Source: an uncultured virus (IMG/VR IMGVR_UViG_3300025015_000024)
Taxonomy: Duplodnaviria > Heunggongvirae > Uroviricota > Caudoviricetes
Strand: one strand, 5' to 3'
Virus record (IMG/VR): IMGVR_UViG_3300025015_000024
Span: 56,838-76,837 of that record
DNA: 20,000 nucleotides
The position numbers and the translations under genes were made by a program. Shown here one piece after another: positions 16,262-20,000 of this stretch (its first letter is position 1; every line of letters starts with the position of its first letter). The notes under the pieces were generated by a model. The model did not search any database. It had not been told where the DNA came from and saw only the letters and a list, made by a program, of their open reading frames with translations.

Positions 16262-17393
16262 AGAATTTATAAAAGAAGCAAAAAAAATTCATGGAAATAG
16301 ATATGACTATTCTAAGGTAAAATATATAAATTATTATACTAAGGTTATCATTGGTTGTAAATTACATGGGTATTTTAGTCAAATTCCAGCAACACATATA
16401 AATAATGGCTCTGGTTGCATATTTTGTGGAAGGAAATCGTGCGGTGAAAAAAAGAATAGTAATACAGAAGAATTCATAAAAAAAGCAATTAAAATACATG
16501 GTAATAAATATGATTACTCTAAAGTAAATTATATAAATGCTAAAACTAAAGTAGAAATAATTTGTAAACAACATGGTATTTTTAATCAAATTCCAGATAA
16601 ACATTTAAGCGGGAATGGGTGTAAATTTTGTGGGTATAAATCTAATAGTATAAAACAAATATTGGGTAAAGAAAAATTTATAGAAATGGCTAATAAAATT
16701 CATAATAATAAATATGATTATTCATTATCAGAGTATGTAAATAATAATACAAAAATTAAGATTATTTGTCAAGCAAACCACATATTCGAGCAAACTCCAG
16801 ATATACATTTAAGAGGGAATGGGTGTAAATATTGTAGTGGGAATTATAATAGTAATACAGAAGAATTCATAAAAAAAGCAATTAAAATACATGGTAATAA
16901 ATATGATTACTCTAAAGTAAATTATATAAATGCTAAAACTAAAGTAGAGATAATTTGTTCTAAATGTGGAATTTTTGAACAGACACCAACCACCCATTTA
17001 AGTGGGTGTGGGTGTATATATTGCAGAGAATCTAGAGGAGAAAGAGAAATATTTAAAATATTAGATAAAATTATTATAAAATATGAAAGACAAAAAATAT
17101 TTATTTATTGTAGATATAAGTGGCCGTTAAAATTTGATTTTTATATTCCAGAAATTGGTTGTATTGAATTTGATGGTATTCAACATTATGAACCAATAGA
17201 ATATTGGGGCGGGATAAATAACTTTAAAGAAATAAAAAAACGAGATCAAATAAAAAAAAATTATTGTAAAGATAATAATATTCCCTTATATATTATTAAG
17301 TATGATGAAAATATTGAAGAAAAAATGAAGGAAATTTTAAAACAGTTAAAAAAAAATTATAATAAACGCATATTTGAAAAAGAGGTTATTTAA
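16242..17393 (+). CDS. Putative homing endonuclease: tandem DUF723-like zinc-finger repeats plus C-terminal Vsr/PD-(D/E)XK-like nuclease
   Basis: Four repeats of the type EEFIxxAxxIHGNKYDYSxVxY...IxCxxHGxF...HLxGxGCxxC, then SRGERE...LKFDFYIP...IEFDGIQHY...RDQIKKNYC. Confidence 0.8.
   Translation: MRRKTTEEFIKEAKKIHGNRYDYSKVKYINYYTKVIIGCKLHGYFSQIPATHINNGSGCIFCGRKSCGEKKNSNTEEFIKKAIKIHGNKYDYSKVNYINAKTKVEIICKQHGIFNQIPDKHLSGNGCKFCGYKSNSIKQILGKEKFIEMANKIHNNKYDYSLSEYVNNNTKIKIICQANHIFEQTPDIHLRGNGCKYCSGNYNSNTEEFIKKAIKIHGNKYDYSKVNYINAKTKVEIICSKCGIFEQTPTTHLSGCGCIYCRESRGEREIFKILDKIIIKYERQKIFIYCRYKWPLKFDFYIPEIGCIEFDGIQHYEPIEYWGGINNFKEIKKRDQIKKNYCKDNNIPLYIIKYDENIEEKMKEILKQLKKNYNKRIFEKEVI
16455..16958 (+). 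repeat. Intragenic 111-bp direct repeat (16455-16565 and 16848-16958)
   Basis: Copies appear identical except for one synonymous GAA/GAG change. Confidence 0.85.
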
Positions 17394-17448
17394 TTTTTTA
17401 ATATAAATCCTTACTGTATAACATAGTTGATGAATATAATATATTTAT

Positions 17449-17661
17449 TTAATCTCTATCACCCCAATCTTCATGAACCATATCAAGATCTGGTGGCATT
17501 GGATCTAATGAAATATTTTCTGATGCTAATTCTTGAATACCATTAGAGATATTGATTATTTTATTTTCTAATAACCAAAAAATATAATTTGGATCGATAA
17601 TTGCAATTTGTTCTAATTTTTTATTTTTATATTTTCCAAAACCCAAAGTTTTATTTTTCAT
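17449..17661 (-). CDS. Small protein with FGKYK motif (DUF3820 / exonuclease X C-terminal-like)
   Basis: LGFGKYKNKKLEQIAIIDPNYIFWL. Confidence 0.7.
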   Translation of the reverse strand: MKNKTLGFGKYKNKKLEQIAIIDPNYIFWLLENKIINISNGIQELASENISLDPMPPDLDMVHEDWGDRD

Positions 17662-17669
17662 AATATATT

Positions 17670-17894
17670 TTATTTAATTTCTTTAAATATTTGTTTATAA
17701 GATTTTATTTCTATATTATATTTAAAGGCCTTTTTCATTTTACCAGATGTTGATTTTAATTCGTTTGTTATAAGTAAATTTGTTTCTTTGTTTAGTCCTG
17801 TATGAGTAAATCCCATGGATTCCATAAAATTAACAAAATCCTCTTTTGTTTCAAAAAGTGGTTTAGGTGAACCAGTCATCTCAAATGTTTTCAT
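17670..17894 (-). CDS. Stand-alone BRCT-like domain protein
   Basis: FEMTGSP...GF...LNKETNLLIT...SGKMKKAFKYNIEI resembles the BRCT domain of NAD-dependent ligases. Confidence 0.7.
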   Translation of the reverse strand: MKTFEMTGSPKPLFETKEDFVNFMESMGFTHTGLNKETNLLITNELKSTSGKMKKAFKYNIEIKSYKQIFKEIK

Positions 17895-17923
17895 AAAATT
17901 TTAAGTTTTATCAGTGCCTTCAT

Positions 17924-18760
17924 TTATTTTAATAATTCTTTTGATTTATTATATTTGTATTTAACATTGTTAATTCTAAATTTTCTTCCATATATTGTTT
18001 TATAATTATTATCATTTAAATAGTTACAAATATTTTTAAAATTCATTTTTTTGTTATTTCTTAAATTAAAAATCAAATCAAAAATTTCTTTTTTTTCAAA
18101 ATATCTTTTTTTTAAATTATATTTAGTCCTTAACTTATGATAATGACCACTTGAATAACATATTTTATATATTGCTTGTTGAGTTGTTATACCATAATTT
18201 TTATTAATTATATCGGTAGCAGTTAATTTATTGTTGAAATAATCATTAATAATACTTTTATTTCTATTTTGTAATATAGAAGATAATGATAAGTTTAATC
18301 CATGATAATTTCTTAAAATTCCCATATCTCCATAAGTTAAATTAAATTTTATTCGTATATCTTGATATGTGGCATATGGATTATTTTGAACATATTGATA
18401 AATTTTATTTATTAATTTTTTATATTTTTTTCTTATATTTTTCTGACGATGAATTTTATTATTATAAGCAATTTGATTAACTCTTTGTTTAGTTATTCCA
18501 TATTTATTAGCAATATATTGAAATCTAAATCCTTTATGGATCATTTTTAAAATTTTATTTTTTCTGTTTGTATAATATTTATTAGGTTTTAAACTTGTAT
18601 CTATGCCATTTTTAATTAATATTCTTCTTATTGTCGATTTATTAAGATTATGAATTTTAGCTATTTTTGAGCAAGATATTTTTTTATTTGTATATAAATC
18701 AATTATATAATCAATATTTAATTTTATTGATGGTTTATCTTGATATTTTTTAGTTTTCAT
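17924..18760 (-). CDS. Basic multi-HTH DNA-binding protein
   Basis: SCSKIAKIHNLNKSTIRRIL, FQYIANKYGITKQRVNQI, and a C-terminal FKNICNYLNDNNYKTIYGRKF (recombinase-domain-like helix). Confidence 0.7.
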   Translation of the reverse strand: MKTKKYQDKPSIKLNIDYIIDLYTNKKISCSKIAKIHNLNKSTIRRILIKNGIDTSLKPNKYYTNRKNKILKMIHKGFRFQYIANKYGITKQRVNQIAYNNKIHRQKNIRKKYKKLINKIYQYVQNNPYATYQDIRIKFNLTYGDMGILRNYHGLNLSLSSILQNRNKSIINDYFNNKLTATDIINKNYGITTQQAIYKICYSSGHYHKLRTKYNLKKRYFEKKEIFDLIFNLRNNKKMNFKNICNYLNDNNYKTIYGRKFRINNVKYKYNKSKELLK

Positions 18761-19055
18761 ATTTTTCTAATTGTTTGTTGTTATATAATTTTTTAAGAGA
18801 ATTTATAATTGAATCTAAGTTTTCTTCTGTTTTTTCAAAGATTTTATTGGAAACTTTGTAATGTCCAAAAATTGATTTTTCGTTTTTAAAATTTTTAAAG
18901 ACCAGACTCGGATTTTTTCTTAAATATCTAGCAACTGTTAAAGACAGACTATTATCAATTATTTTGCTAATTTTCTGTTCTTTTTTGGTTTTAGTTGGTT
19001 TTTCTTTTAAATTTCTAACCTTTTTTAAGATAAATAAATTTTTTGTTTCAATCAT
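18750..19055 (-). CDS. Hypothetical basic protein
   Basis: 101 aa, overlaps the next gene start, with a host-type promoter upstream. Confidence 0.65.
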   Translation of the reverse strand: MIETKNLFILKKVRNLKEKPTKTKKEQKISKIIDNSLSLTVARYLRKNPSLVFKNFKNEKSIFGHYKVSNKIFEKTEENLDSIINSLKKLYNNKQLEKYEN

Positions 19056-19098
19056 TGTTTTTAAAATATTGAAATTGATTAATAATTTAATCGGGGTA

Positions 19099-19130
19099 TA
19101 AAAGTAAGTAAAATAAATAATATTTTCAAA
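19099..19130 (-). promoter_or_regulatory. Near-consensus Bacteroidota-type promoter TTTG-N20-TACTTTTA
   Basis: Same spacing and AAGTAAAAT flank as the 13384 and 14078 copies, with one mismatch in the -7 box. Confidence 0.55.
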
Positions 19131-19179
19131 TATTTTTGTAACTTATTAAAAATCAATAAATTTTAAGTTTTAATATTGA

Positions 19180-19345
19180 TTAAGTAGCATATCTTTTTTC
19201 TGTTCGTTTTATTCTGTCTCTATAATGGGCAGCACTTTTATAATCTTCTTTTTTAACAGATTCTTGTTCTAATTCTTTAAGTAATGATAAAATAAGTATT
19301 TTACTTTGTTTTTTTTATTGTTAATTTATTTGTATTGTTTTTCAT
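19180..19345 (-). pseudogene. Small UVR (UvrB/UvrC-motif) coiled-coil gene, frameshifted in an A8 run
   Basis: The ATG frame MKNNTNKLTIKK stops early. The shifted frame reads QSKILILSLLKELEQESVKKEDYKSAAHYRDRIKRTEKRYAT. Confidence 0.55.
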
Positions 19346-19361
19346 ATTTTATCATAATTCA

Positions 19362-19496
19362 TTAATTTTTTATTTCTTTTATTGATTTTTCTAATTTTTC
19401 TATTCTTTCTCTTAAAATACGGATAGCCTCAATAATGGAAGTTATAGTTTTTGTATGTTCACCTATTATACTTACAAGTTCTTCTGATATATTCAT
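19362..19496 (-). CDS. Small coiled-coil protein (44 aa; absent from ORF track)
   Basis: MNISEELVSIIGEHTKTITSIIEAIRILRERIEKLEKSIKEIKN, with an AAAAAAACAATG start context that fills the operon gap. Confidence 0.6.
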   Translation of the reverse strand: MNISEELVSIIGEHTKTITSIIEAIRILRERIEKLEKSIKEIKN

Positions 19497-19506
19497 TGTT
19501 TTTTTA

Positions 19507-19908
19507 TTATAATGCATTTTTAATTAATTGCCATTCTTCTTTGCTCATTTCAGAAACATATTTTGGAATTTTTATTATATCATCATACCATTTAAAATTA
19601 TCAAGATCTTCATTTTTCATTGTATCCAATAATATTCCATATTCCATTCCTGTTTCATAATAATTTTGAATAAACCATCTAATTCTTTCTTTGTATGTTA
19701 ATTTTCTATTTTTTTTTGTTATTTTCATATTTTTTTCATTAAGTAATTTTATTATTTTTTCAAGAGCTTTCTTTTTGTATATTTCTAAAAATTCATCTTT
19801 GGGCAATTCTTTTTTCTTATCTTCACCCGCAAAATAACAAGATTGACCATAGAACTCACCATATAATTGTAGAGTATCCTCAAGTATTTTTTCTATCTTT
19901 TTTTTCAT
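19507..19908 (-). CDS. Hypothetical protein (C-terminal half paralogous to 12682..12864)
   Basis: 133-aa ORF directly downstream of a host-type promoter. Confidence 0.7.
   Translation of the reverse strand: MKKKIEKILEDTLQLYGEFYGQSCYFAGEDKKKELPKDEFLEIYKKKALEKIIKLLNEKNMKITKKNRKLTYKERIRWFIQNYYETGMEYGILLDTMKNEDLDNFKWYDDIIKIPKYVSEMSKEEWQLIKNAL
19559..19714. repeat. Dispersed ~155-bp direct repeat, copy 2
   Basis: Matches 12698-12853. Confidence 0.85.
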
Positions 19909-19916
19909 AATTTAAA

Positions 19917-19948
19917 CAAAGATAAACATAATATTTGAAAAAGTCAAA
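19917..19948 (-). promoter_or_regulatory. Bacteroidota-type promoter TTTG-N20-TATCTTTG
   Basis: Plus strand shows CAAAGATA at 19917-19924 and CAAA at 19945-19948. Confidence 0.75.
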
Positions 19949-20000
19949 TTATTTAACTAAAATAAATTCTTTTTCTGTTATATTCCATAACATTACTATT

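Noticed and set aside
118..16997. Minus-strand shadow ORFs (118-360, 3997-4290, 5919-6143, 10375-10620, 10725-10916, 14857-15045, 16362-16604, 16809-16997)
   Set aside because: Antisense to well-supported genes, with F/I/L/S-biased composition typical of reverse-read AT-rich coding DNA.
13058..19660. Alternative ORFs 13058-13288, 13096-13353, 13377-13586 and 19451-19660
   Set aside because: They overlap better-supported ORFs that have the promoter and conserved translation leader.
12698..19714. Diversity-generating retroelement template/variable repeat pair
   Set aside because: No reverse transcriptase in the window, both copies are coding, and differences are not confined to adenines of one copy.
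1..20000. Stop-codon reassignment (as in some large phages)
   Set aside because: Conserved genes (gp6, gp13, gp25, ligase, TnpB) are full length in the standard code, TAG and TGA both serve as apparent stops, and no suppressor tRNA is seen.

Overview
Very AT-rich fragment of a large T4-like (contractile-tailed) jumbo phage genome. The host is probably a Bacteroidota species: exact TTTG-N20-TAnnTTTG promoters recur and there are no obvious Shine-Dalgarno sites. Plus-strand virion genes (gp13-like neck, gp14-like head closure, gp25 and gp6 baseplate wedge, tail-fibre-like protein, LRR proteins) are mostly preceded by a TATTTATA putative late-promoter motif. They are interleaved with minus-strand islands of small genes and an Rnl1-type RNA ligase, driven by host-type promoters. 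A four-tRNA cluster (Asp, Phe, Gly, Ala) is split by a lone tnpB. The most striking signal is an unannotated 26-codon leader ORF upstream of the tRNAs. It is enriched in exactly Phe/Gly/Asp/Ala codons and has mutually exclusive hairpins and an intrinsic terminator, making it a candidate ribosome-dependent attenuator that controls phage tRNA supply. Also notable: a shared N-terminal 'MKxIxITExQ' leader on several unrelated late proteins, an RHH repressor/operator/endonuclease module, and several small ORFs missed by the ORF track. All calls are by eye, and no database searches were run.
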